Origin: a virus
DNA length: 64,000 nucleotides
IMG/VR virus record: IMGVR_UViG_3300020048_000054
Span: 45,119 to 109,118 of that record
Direction: 5' to 3' (one strand)
Part shown: piece after piece, positions 1-9,458 of the stretch
Layout: the number at the start of each line of letters is the position of its first letter
How positions within the stretch are numbered: position 1 is the first letter of the stretch
Made by a program: the position numbers and the translations under genes
The notes under the pieces: model-generated
The model's database searches: none
What the model saw: only the letters and a program-made list of their open reading frames with translations
Told to the model about the DNA's origin: nothing

Positions 1-2
1 GT

Positions 3-2612
3 GGTATCAAAAGATCCAGTTGATGACCAGTGCCAATCATATAATGGTATTCCGCTATTACTAAGTAATGCAGCATTCATATCAAATCCATAATAGGGAT
101 TTGTAGAGTCTGTTATAGAATTTGCTGCTAAGAAAGCCAACTCGTCGTGGCTAGGAATAAACCAATCAGATAATGCAGTTGGATTTGCAGTCAATCCGTG
201 TGTGTTTGTGAAATCATTATTATTAAATGCAGACAGAGCGCGAACAGCAGACATAGTTATACCTGAATTAAATTCACTGTATGTAAAATATGGAGAAACC
301 GACAATTTAATATAGTGAGCATTGTCTGCGGAAATCATACGAATGGTGTTGTATATTCCCCAATTTCTATTCCACAAACCATTTGATGCTTTTACACTTC
401 TAGTAAATAATCTAGCAACAGGATCTTTTCCATTTAGTCTGGAGGAATAACATGTTTGGAATGTAACAGATTTAATGTTATCTAACGACTCTCCAGTTAC
501 ACCGTAGTATCCTTCACCATATTGTAAATATGATGAATCATATCGTTTATCCAAATATGTAAAATCTGAGTATTTGTATTTGGTTAAATCCAAAAGTGGA
601 CCCCATGCTATTCCAGGTCCATACCAAGGAAAGGTATCTTTCTTTGCAAGTTCTTCTGTTGGATTTACAAACTTTCCAGCGTCATTTATTGATGATGGAT
701 ATAGAGAAACTATAATGTAATATGAATCTACATCGTTATTGAGTAGCACTTCGCAGCTTTCTCCAGTGATTCCATAACCAACATAATCAGTTTCACTCTG
801 ATAATAGTTTGCTAATGTTTCTCCACCATATATGAAGTCTGCAGTGCTTCCGTGTCTAGAAAATGCATGAGAGCCGCCAAGAAGTTTAGATGACTTGGGA
901 TTATATACACCAACAACCATTCCACCGCCAATTATATCTCCTGGTCGTAATGAGACTCCAAGGAACCCACCACACTTGAGATATGAAGAACAAGTGATAC
1001 CAGCGCATGTTGTTGTATTACCATGATAATATGATCCAGAACTCAAACAAACTTCAGCAGTGGTTTGTGTGCATATTCCAGTTGGTGTGCAGCATGCACC
1101 AGTTCCTGTCGAACATATTGGATTACTATTATCAGAAAAGCATAATATGCCTCTTCCATTAAAACTACCACCACCAAGAATACAATCTTCTTTTGTTACT
1201 TGTTCACAATTTCCAGCACCATCACAACATGCACCAAGAGCATTGAATGAATTATTGCAATCAACCTCGTTACATGTGGTATTAAATCCAGAAAATATAG
1301 ATTCTATTGAATCATTATTTAGAGATAGACAATCTATCGGAGAAATATTTTCTAAACATGAAGTTGTTATTTTACCATCAATTGTATTTTTGATACAGCA
1401 TGTTCCGAATGACTCTGTACATACACTAGTAGAATCAATTGTGCCGCAAGTAGTACCAACACCAGAGAAAAATCCAGATTTTTGTGTGCATATTTCTTGT
1501 GTAGAAAGAGTGCAAGAATTATTACCTAAACAACAAGCTCCAGTCAATCCTGAGAAAAAATCTAATGCAATCTGTCCTTCTGATGTTGCGCTGAACTGTT
1601 GGATATTATTATCACAGAAATATTTTCCAGTAGATCCAATACCTTGACCAAAAATATATCCATACCAAAAATCATTTCCTGATATAAAATGTATAAGATG
1701 AGATTCACCAGTTGTTAAACATGGTAATTTGTTTAATGGCCATTTTATACTAGGACCCCAACTAGCATTTAAAAATGTGCCATCTCCTGTGGCTCCAGTC
1801 ACAAACAAACTAAATGCAGTTTGATATTTTGGTGGAGGACTAAGACTTATATTATATTTTACGGGGTCTACTAAATCAGGTTTAAAACTAGAAACATCTA
1901 GAACAAGTGTCTTAGTTTTTGATCTGTTATTAGAATCTGTAAATTCACTAGATGCCTGTATAAAAATTAGAAGCTGTCCACTAGAACCTCCAGCACCAGA
2001 AATTGATCCACCATCACTCACAACATCGTTAATCTGATTGGCTCCTCGAACATGCTCAAAGACATTTGCTTTGTTGATTCTAACAGTATCAGTTACATTT
2101 CCATACTTAGCAGATCCTAATGTAGCACCAACAAGATTTCCAGATGAATCTGTCGCAATGATTTCACTCAGCTCTCCGACGCTAAGTGTAAAACCACCAT
2201 CATACCTATCGACAGTTATTGTTATAGTGTCAGCATCGCTAGTAATTCCTACCAATGATTTAAACCCAGTGCTACCACGAAGTTTTCTGAGAGTGATGTT
2301 TCTCTCATCAGTAGATCCAACAAAGACAAAACCAGTTCCAGTAGAACCAGTTATACCACCAACCAGTACAGTTGTATTTCCTGTTATGCCTAACAGTTTT
2401 CCGGAAGCAGCGCGAGTTATTCCATTACTGAATGATGATATAAGAGTATATCCAGAAAGCGTAATTCCGGTTATTCTAAAAGATGCGGTAGCACCAGTAT
2501 TGCCGTAGAAATCATCACCACGGGGTCCTTGTGGTCCAGTATTACCAATAACTCCGTATATGGTAATTCCTTTTATTGCCTTAAATTGGCTAGTACCACG
2601 AATTGAAGGCAT
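3..2612 (-). CDS. Tail fibre/adhesin-like protein, partial (runs off the left edge); Cys-rich GACC repeats and C-terminal DUF1566/Lcl-like domain
   Basis: Absent from the ORF track because no stop lies in the window. Hand translation from ATG 2612 gives MPSIRGTSQFKAIKG...GNTGPQGPRG; segments read in the same frame include TGACCLGNNSC, GTCCIK, LGACCDGAGNC, TGACCTPTGIC and the terminal LSDWFIPSHDEL...WHWSST. Confidence 0.75.
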   Translation of the reverse strand, partial: MPSIRGTSQFKAIKGITIYGVIGNTGPQGPRGDDFYGNTGATASFRITGITLSGYTLISSFSNGITRAASGKLLGITGNTTVLVGGITGSTGTGFVFVGSTDERNITLRKLRGSTGFKSLVGITSDADTITITVDRYDGGFTLSVGELSEIIATDSSGNLVGATLGSAKYGNVTDTVRINKANVFEHVRGANQINDVVSDGGSISGAGGSSGQLLIFIQASSEFTDSNNRSKTKTLVLDVSSFKPDLVDPVKYNISLSPPPKYQTAFSLFVTGATGDGTFLNASWGPSIKWPLNKLPCLTTGESHLIHFISGNDFWYGYIFGQGIGSTGKYFCDNNIQQFSATSEGQIALDFFSGLTGACCLGNNSCTLSTQEICTQKSGFFSGVGTTCGTIDSTSVCTESFGTCCIKNTIDGKITTSCLENISPIDCLSLNNDSIESIFSGFNTTCNEVDCNNSFNALGACCDGAGNCEQVTKEDCILGGGSFNGRGILCFSDNSNPICSTGTGACCTPTGICTQTTAEVCLSSGSYYHGNTTTCAGITCSSYLKCGGFLGVSLRPGDIIGGGMVVGVYNPKSSKLLGGSHAFSRHGSTADFIYGGETLANYYQSETDYVGYGITGESCEVLLNNDVDSYYIIVSLYPSSINDAGKFVNPTEELAKKDTFPWYGPGIAWGPLLDLTKYKYSDFTYLDKRYDSSYLQYGEGYYGVTGESLDNIKSVTFQTCYSSRLNGKDPVARLFTRSVKASNGLWNRNWGIYNTIRMISADNAHYIKLSVSPYFTYSEFNSGITMSAVRALSAFNNNDFTNTHGLTANPTALSDWFIPSHDELAFLAANSITDSTNPYYGFDMNAALLSNSGIPLYDWHWSSTGSFDT

Positions 2613-2613
2613 G

Positions 2614-3825
2614 TTAACTAATTCCTAATATTTGCTCTAGTGCTTGTATTCTAGACTCCAGAGAAACTAATGTGCTATCAACATTTACAAAGTTTGGAGT
2701 GGCTAATACTCCCTTTACTGTTGCATTAACGAATGAGATATATTGCGGCAGGTATGATACTACATTATCTTTCTTCACTCTGATTATTGTTTTGGTTGCA
2801 AATGTTGATATTTGATCTTTGACGTTAGCAGTAGCTTGAATGTTTGTCTGAATCTGTGGAGTTTTAAACTCGGTTACTGCTCCCGATGTAACTGTTACTT
2901 TACTAAGACCCAATACAGCTTCAGATATCTGATAAGTTGTATAATTAGATTTCCATAATGTAGGATTGACATCCGTATGTTCTACAATAATAGAATTATC
3001 TGTTGTATCGACAGACACAATAGAAGAATATAAACCAATTCCTTTATTTGTTTGTGGGTTTATTGGTCTTATTGATTTTTGGGCAAGAGCATCAACAAAA
3101 GAAAAAGAACCATTTACATATAATTTCTCAAGAGTTCCATATGAATTTCCATAAGTTGCATATGCTTCTGGGTACTCGGTTATTGATAAAAATTTTGGAG
3201 AACTAGTATCAACCCAACCATCGGGAACAACAGAAGCTGCATCAACAACTCTTATCTCGCCTATATTAACCTCAGAAGATCTAAATGATGCATTAGCGGA
3301 TGATGAGGATTCATATCCAATGTAGTTTACAACGATTGAATTAAAGTCACCACCCGAAACTGGGCATACCTGAAGAATAGGTTTTACGATATAACCGTTA
3401 TCTTCAATCAAACCGTATGTGATGCCGCCAAGAATATCTGGGCTTAGGAAGAATATATCAGTACCACCGTCACCTCCACTAGTAGCAGAAATTCCAGCTA
3501 TAGTTGACATCAAATTTGGATAATTAATTAATCCATGTGTCACCACAGTTGCGTATGTAATACCGTCAGTAACAGCGATAGATTCTACAATTCCAACAAC
3601 TTCAGCCAATGACATATCTGTTGCAGCACCTTCGAAGTTTGGGTCTGCAATAGATTGAGTAAATACACCAGCATCAACATCATAACGAATAACATTTCCT
3701 GCAACAATAGTTGGATCCCAATTAGTGTCCGTCTTTTGTTGAAATGATAATCGTCTTCCATTGATCGAATCAACAGAACCAACAATTATTCCTGAGATTA
3801 TGGAGTTATTCGTGCAAGATGGCAT
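2614..3825 (-). CDS. Virion structural / tail fibre-associated protein
   Basis: 403 aa, beta-rich. N-terminal AEVVGIV...FFLSP motif is shared with 4935..6905; C-terminal coiled coil LESRIQALE; lies in the tail operon. Confidence 0.6.
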   Translation of the reverse strand: MPSCTNNSIISGIIVGSVDSINGRRLSFQQKTDTNWDPTIVAGNVIRYDVDAGVFTQSIADPNFEGAATDMSLAEVVGIVESIAVTDGITYATVVTHGLINYPNLMSTIAGISATSGGDGGTDIFFLSPDILGGITYGLIEDNGYIVKPILQVCPVSGGDFNSIVVNYIGYESSSSANASFRSSEVNIGEIRVVDAASVVPDGWVDTSSPKFLSITEYPEAYATYGNSYGTLEKLYVNGSFSFVDALAQKSIRPINPQTNKGIGLYSSIVSVDTTDNSIIVEHTDVNPTLWKSNYTTYQISEAVLGLSKVTVTSGAVTEFKTPQIQTNIQATANVKDQISTFATKTIIRVKKDNVVSYLPQYISFVNATVKGVLATPNFVNVDSTLVSLESRIQALEQILGIS

Positions 3826-3834
3826 CTATGTTCC

Positions 3835-4938
3835 TTATGTCGTTGTTTCTAGACCTCTGTCGTATGGACTAGGGTCTATGTCTGCGTCTGCTACCATGTG
3901 AACTAAAATATCATCAAAAATTACTGCACCGCTGGCAACATTAAATATCACACCATATGTATTGCCACTAGTTGTTAGAGTAGCAGCTCCAGTTGGAGAA
4001 AATCTAGCAGTAGTATTCCACCCACGAGTGCCAGATGTTAGCCTCATATCTCTATCTGCAGATTTATTATATCCATCATTGGCAGTTCCACTCTTTGGTG
4101 AATATAGAGTGATTGTTGGAGTTTTATATTGCGGAATGCTAAACTTATGGGTGTAGCTATAACTTGGAGTTACTGTAAAGTTAATTGCTGTAACATCATT
4201 TCCAGAAGATAGAGTAATATTACCGGGAGAGGTCTGGTGTGTGTATGAGGTATAGTAATACTTTTCCTGCAATTTCTTTTCTTCTTCTGGAGTTGTAACT
4301 GTTTCACTAGACACACCAGAGAAATTCAAACCAACTTTGGCAATACTAATTTGAGTATTTGGTAATACTTTAAAACCAACAGAGAAGTAATGATCACCAG
4401 AAACTCCTAGGTTACCAACAAACTGTGGATTTAAAGTTACTGAATAATTTTGCCAAGTTTCATATACTGTTACTATTTCATTAGTATTGGAGAATTCATA
4501 AATTCCTGGATTCACAGCTTGTCTAAAATAACAAGCCATAGTTGTTCCAGTTATTCCGGTGGTCTTTGCAGAGAAAGAAAGACGTAAAGTACTACCACCA
4601 ACTATATTACAATTTGCTTGTTTATTTTCAATATAGCAATAACCACTTGTTACAGCTGTGATGTTATTAGCTACTGTTAAATAATATGAAGAAAGTGCAA
4701 ATTCTGGCTCTGATGAATTAAATGCTTCTTGGTATATTGATATTACACCACTGCTTTCCTCTGATCGTTTTTGAGTATCAATAACATACCATCTATCTGC
4801 TATTTTTTTACTCTCAGCAGTATATGTTGTTCCATCTTTTCCTATATTTGAGAAAAATGCATTATATGGAATAGAAAATGTAGTGCCTCTTTGCCAGAGA
4901 TCAAAATTACCGTTTATGATTAAGTTATTAGTTGTCAT
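3835..4938 (-). CDS. Tail fibre protein with carbohydrate-binding-like domain
   Basis: N-terminal NLIINGNFDLWQRGT...ADRW motif typical of phage fibre CBM-like domains. Confidence 0.65.
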   Translation of the reverse strand: MTTNNLIINGNFDLWQRGTTFSIPYNAFFSNIGKDGTTYTAESKKIADRWYVIDTQKRSEESSGVISIYQEAFNSSEPEFALSSYYLTVANNITAVTSGYCYIENKQANCNIVGGSTLRLSFSAKTTGITGTTMACYFRQAVNPGIYEFSNTNEIVTVYETWQNYSVTLNPQFVGNLGVSGDHYFSVGFKVLPNTQISIAKVGLNFSGVSSETVTTPEEEKKLQEKYYYTSYTHQTSPGNITLSSGNDVTAINFTVTPSYSYTHKFSIPQYKTPTITLYSPKSGTANDGYNKSADRDMRLTSGTRGWNTTARFSPTGAATLTTSGNTYGVIFNVASGAVIFDDILVHMVADADIDPSPYDRGLETTT

Positions 4939-6905
4939 GATTGTCCTATCTCAGTGCTATCATATCCCGTTATAGAACTAGTAGTAGTAAAGTATCTAAA
5001 ATCTTTTTGGATCATTATTATGGGTCCTGTTACTCCAGTTGTTGGATTGTACTTATATACTTCTAATATTGTAGATATTCCAAATTGTCCGGGAGTATTA
5101 TTACTCGCATAATAATTATCAATAGAAGGAAAAGCTATAGATACAGTCTCTGGAATTGGTCCAGTAGTTGCATTCCAACCTAATATAGAAGTGTCTAGTG
5201 TATAACCATTCGTATCAGCAACATCAAACAATGCTGCATGTGCAATTGTGTTTATATAACCAGAAATTATTGATCCGGTTAGAATAACCGAATTAAATTT
5301 CCAACCATAAACTCTATGACGTTCGTTCCGTATGCTAATATCACGACTCCAACTAAGATTATAATCATTTTTGATATATGTTGTTGGATATACACCACTA
5401 CTGCTTAAACCACCAATAGCAGTGCTTGCAGTTATACCCAAAGATCCACTCAATGTTGTTCCGTAAGGTAGACGAATTACTGGAGTCATTATATCAGTTG
5501 TTGGTGTAATGGTACTTACAATAGACGACCAACGAGAAGAACCCAATCCAAATGCATTTATATAATTAGATTGAGTGAACTGATCTGGAGCTAGAGTACC
5601 TACACCAAGCTGCTCAAATTGTAAAAAGTTTCTATTATTAACATCACCACCACCATCCATATTTGCTGATATTAGTGCAACATTTTTCATTCTATATTCT
5701 GTGTATGTTTGAGTCCATTCTCCTTCCACTGGAGTCTCGCCTCGTTCAAATTCAGATGTCCAGTTTGATGCTGCAATATTATTATAGAATTTATTTATTA
5801 CAAAATTAGTTCTAACCGGTTTTTCCCCATTTATATGAGTTATTCTAATTTGATGTAATCTATATACATCATCTAAAGTTCCTAGTGTTGATAAATAAAT
5901 TTTATTATCAGGGGTATGCTTAGTTATATGTTCAAATCCGCTTTGTCCACTTCCTACAGTTTTTATACTTTTGCCGTATATAGCAGGGACTTGAAAAACT
6001 CCAGAAGTAGTATATGGATATGAGGGAGTTTCTGGATTGATATTTAAACTTTTTGTTAAATTACCAAATACATTATTATCACCATACTTAATATTATTAA
6101 CAGCATGTATATGACCAGTAGTTTTTCTATTAGCTTCATTATCTGTACCTAAGTATAAAGAAGCAGTCAAGCCGTTAACACTCAAGACTCCATTAAAGAC
6201 TCCATCAAAAGAACCACCAGACACACCTTGTACTATTGTAGTGTTTCCGAGAGTACCCTCTGTTGCAATAAATCCACGGTACGGAAGAATTAAACCACTA
6301 TCTCCTGTTAATCCGAGAAGCATTGGTTTAGAAACATATAAAGTTACATCAGGTTCGAGCGTTGTACCCGCACCAGAGACACCACCGCTCAGAAAGTAAA
6401 CTACACCCTTCTGTAGAGTAGCACCGGGAGTACCAGTAAATGACGAAATGATAGATGAACCACTGATTCTACCAGTAGTGGCAACTTGAACATTGTCACC
6501 AGTAAATCCTGTAACAATACCAACAACTTCAGCTGTGCATTCATCGTCTGCTAATGCCTTTTGTGCTTTACCAGTAGAATCGACATATACGATATTTCCA
6601 ACAGTAACCCCAGTGTTTGCAGGCAGAACTATAGTTGTTCCAGAAATATCACCTGCGAAGTTAGAAGTCAGAGTACCATTAACCGTAACATTGTTAAATA
6701 CCATATCTCTGGTAACATTGCCTGATAGACTTAATGTATAACCACCATTTGCAGCAGTATGTGGTGATGCGGTTATTCCGTCTCCACCAACAATGTTTGC
6801 AACATTCAGCGCATTGAGCCGTTGAATCATGATATTATTTTTAGCATACCAACCACCAAATGTGGTTCCTAAACTTAATTCGGTTATATCAACAAAATCT
6901 GCCAT
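4935..6905 (-). CDS. Tail fibre-like virion protein
   Basis: 656 aa, Gly/Thr-rich. N-terminal TTFGGWYAKNN resembles T4-like fibre/collar N-termini; contains a GNIVYVD...AEVVGIV domain. Confidence 0.6.
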   Translation of the reverse strand: MADFVDITELSLGTTFGGWYAKNNIMIQRLNALNVANIVGGDGITASPHTAANGGYTLSLSGNVTRDMVFNNVTVNGTLTSNFAGDISGTTIVLPANTGVTVGNIVYVDSTGKAQKALADDECTAEVVGIVTGFTGDNVQVATTGRISGSSIISSFTGTPGATLQKGVVYFLSGGVSGAGTTLEPDVTLYVSKPMLLGLTGDSGLILPYRGFIATEGTLGNTTIVQGVSGGSFDGVFNGVLSVNGLTASLYLGTDNEANRKTTGHIHAVNNIKYGDNNVFGNLTKSLNINPETPSYPYTTSGVFQVPAIYGKSIKTVGSGQSGFEHITKHTPDNKIYLSTLGTLDDVYRLHQIRITHINGEKPVRTNFVINKFYNNIAASNWTSEFERGETPVEGEWTQTYTEYRMKNVALISANMDGGGDVNNRNFLQFEQLGVGTLAPDQFTQSNYINAFGLGSSRWSSIVSTITPTTDIMTPVIRLPYGTTLSGSLGITASTAIGGLSSSGVYPTTYIKNDYNLSWSRDISIRNERHRVYGWKFNSVILTGSIISGYINTIAHAALFDVADTNGYTLDTSILGWNATTGPIPETVSIAFPSIDNYYASNNTPGQFGISTILEVYKYNPTTGVTGPIIMIQKDFRYFTTTSSITGYDSTEIGQS

Positions 6906-6906
6906 T

Positions 6907-7641
6907 TTAGACTACGCTTTCTATTTTTATGTTATTTAAGAAGTACATACCATCAGCTCTTTTTTGTGCAATTGGAACAAAACTATTAACATTAGCCGCT
7001 GTGGTAAGATCATCGGTGATTACAATGTCTACTATTCTTAGGTAATATCTAGAGGAACCACATACTGATGTTCCTTTAACTTGCAACTCATGCTTTTGTT
7101 GTGCATCATCTGTAATAGTATTACAGTCAACAATTTGCCCGGTAAATTCTCCATTTGCGCTGGTGTTTAGTGCAAAACCAATATAAGAATTTTCTGGAAT
7201 AGAACTCAGCTCAATAGGAATTGGACCAGGAAGACCATTTACTTTGAAATATACCCAAAAGAACAATCCAGAAGATTGTGCTTTACATAAAAACCAATTG
7301 TTTCTTTCTATATTAATAGTATCAGAAGTTACAGTTATCATGTTAGGATCTAGTGGCGTTGCGCCATCCCAACCAGGACCAGAAGAATTTTCTGTACCAG
7401 CAAATACAATAGTACTCAACCAATTGGATATCATTCTCATAGTCAATGTTTGATGTACGTTCATTCGAAACTGAATTTCATTCAGTTCTTGAGCTTGTAA
7501 AATCTTTCCGGGTTCAAATGCAACCATTTTATAGCCATCAGAATATACTCCGTCAGAAGCAGAACCAAAATCTATTTTACCAAAACCAGGCACAGAAAAA
7601 TCTGGATGGGTTTGTGAATATGATATAGTGTATGTTGCCAT
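6907..7641 (-). CDS. Baseplate/structural protein with DUF4815 (VrlC-like) N-terminal motif
   Basis: YKMVAFEPGKILQAQELNEIQ matches the F-x-PG-x-x-(V/L)QAxEL motif; located next to gp8. Confidence 0.55.
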   Translation of the reverse strand: MATYTISYSQTHPDFSVPGFGKIDFGSASDGVYSDGYKMVAFEPGKILQAQELNEIQFRMNVHQTLTMRMISNWLSTIVFAGTENSSGPGWDGATPLDPNMITVTSDTINIERNNWFLCKAQSSGLFFWVYFKVNGLPGPIPIELSSIPENSYIGFALNTSANGEFTGQIVDCNTITDDAQQKHELQVKGTSVCGSSRYYLRIVDIVITDDLTTAANVNSFVPIAQKRADGMYFLNNIKIESVV

Positions 7642-7642
7642 T

Positions 7643-9379
7643 TTATAATAAGAATGAAATCTTGGTTGAAGGTTCTGAGCCGGTAGTAGTATCGAATACT
7701 ATATTACTATTTAGTGTTTTTGTGGTAACATATTCAATTTTATTTACCTTATAATCGGGACTGGATATGCCATCTAGTGCAACTACTGTATAATTTACTG
7801 CATTTATAGAAATAAATGCAGCATTGGTTAATTCATCAAATAGTAGTTCATCTACTCCAGCAATTTCTATATCTGTTCCGAGTAAATCTAAACTTTCCTC
7901 ATCATATACCTCTGTTATTGACACAACATTAGATTCATAGTCACTGGAAGTTGCAGTAGCTTGATTCTCGGATATTACAACTGTAGTTGTTTTAGTATCA
8001 ACAAATACCTTACCGGGAGATATAACAGGAGCGGGTACTGCACCGGGTGCAGGCTCTACTCGTATCTTTGTAGTCATTCTTCCATTTATAGTTTGATTTG
8101 GTTGAGTATTAAGAAGTGGATTTACATTGTCGGTAGTAGTAATATTTTTTACTATTCCAACCTTGGCAAATGAAGTTTGATTTGTTCCAATGGTATCCAA
8201 TGTAGATTTAGTTAATTGTTTAATTACTAACACTTTTGGTGCTGGTAGGAAAGATGAAGGATCTGCTATATCTGGTATTAAAACCGTCTTCAAAGCATTT
8301 CTTAAATTGGTATTGACTGCAGCTGGTATATTAAAGATGGGATTCACATAGTTAGAACCAGATGCTCTAAGGGTAACACCATTTGCAATAAATGCATTTC
8401 TTCGTATATCAAAATAGGTTGTGATGTTCGCAAGAGCACCAATGCCCAATGGATCTAGAATGGTTATTTCAGCAGTCGGAGTTGGAAGTACTCTATCTTC
8501 TATAGAAAGAGAAGAGACATCCAGATGAAGATAAACAATACCTTTATTTAAATTCTGAGCATAGATGTAATTGTTATATTGAATAAAGTACTTGTTATTT
8601 GTATCTAAATCTCCAGCGTAAAATTTAGTGGTTAATTCATCTATTGGATTTTTTACTACAACTGAAGAAGACGATAAGTAATCTACATGCACAGATTTAT
8701 ACCCAAGCGAATCTCCAACAGAATGGCAATACGAACATATCCAATCTGATGAACCAATTCCAGAAACTAAATCGCCTTTAGAGCGTACAGTTGCTGTTAA
8801 TGGATCAATGGTGTCTTCGTTATAGTAGAAAAAACAAGAACCAGATATACCTGCTCCACCAGAACATACTGAATTATACCTTGAAGCATAAGAGCCAGAT
8901 GTTGTCTGTGTGGTGAATTCGTATAAGTTATTAACTGGTAGAGTGCTCTCGGTTAAAAACTTACTCAAAGAAAAATCAATCTTATATAAAGCCATCCAAA
9001 CATAACCGTCAGAGTATGCCTGTATTCCAGTATAATGTGATGGTTGTTGGGTGGATAGAAATTGAGCTTCTCCAAGTAACCCTATTGGTTGATTTTTTCC
9101 AACACACAAATATACTAAATCAGTTGTGCTGTTGTAACAATATGTGTTTTCTCCCGATGAATTAAAATAATACGGTTCAAATTGTCGATTATAAGACCAA
9201 TTTACTCGTGGAATTACTATAGAAACCTCATCTTGGGTAATTCTACTTATGAGGGAAATGTCAGTATCATCTACCGAATCACTTGCGTTAGAAACACCAC
9301 CCATAAATACAAAAAAATTAGTCATTTCTTTTTTCGTGGCTGCAGCTGTATATGATTTTATTTGATTTTTTGTAGTCAT
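7643..9379 (-). CDS. gp8: Baseplate wedge subunit gp8-like
   Basis: IVIPRVNW, VYLCV, P-x-H and SDGYVWMALYKI motifs of T4 gp8; synteny gp6-gp7-gp8. Confidence 0.75.
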   Translation of the reverse strand: MTTKNQIKSYTAAATKKEMTNFFVFMGGVSNASDSVDDTDISLISRITQDEVSIVIPRVNWSYNRQFEPYYFNSSGENTYCYNSTTDLVYLCVGKNQPIGLLGEAQFLSTQQPSHYTGIQAYSDGYVWMALYKIDFSLSKFLTESTLPVNNLYEFTTQTTSGSYASRYNSVCSGGAGISGSCFFYYNEDTIDPLTATVRSKGDLVSGIGSSDWICSYCHSVGDSLGYKSVHVDYLSSSSVVVKNPIDELTTKFYAGDLDTNNKYFIQYNNYIYAQNLNKGIVYLHLDVSSLSIEDRVLPTPTAEITILDPLGIGALANITTYFDIRRNAFIANGVTLRASGSNYVNPIFNIPAAVNTNLRNALKTVLIPDIADPSSFLPAPKVLVIKQLTKSTLDTIGTNQTSFAKVGIVKNITTTDNVNPLLNTQPNQTINGRMTTKIRVEPAPGAVPAPVISPGKVFVDTKTTTVVISENQATATSSDYESNVVSITEVYDEESLDLLGTDIEIAGVDELLFDELTNAAFISINAVNYTVVALDGISSPDYKVNKIEYVTTKTLNSNIVFDTTTGSEPSTKISFLL

Positions 9380-9458
9380 TGTAGTGTTTACCGATAATAA
9401 TTAATACACGGTTAAATATGTAGATACTTTATTGTGTGGTTTATATACCATTTAAATT

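Noticed and set aside
1-400. Diversity-generating retroelement targeting the DUF1566-like tip
   Set aside because: No reverse transcriptase or template repeat seen in the window; the gene end lies outside it, so it cannot be tested here.
1060-2508. Plus-strand ORFs 1060..1647 and 2038..2508
   Set aside because: Antisense shadows of the minus-strand fibre gene.
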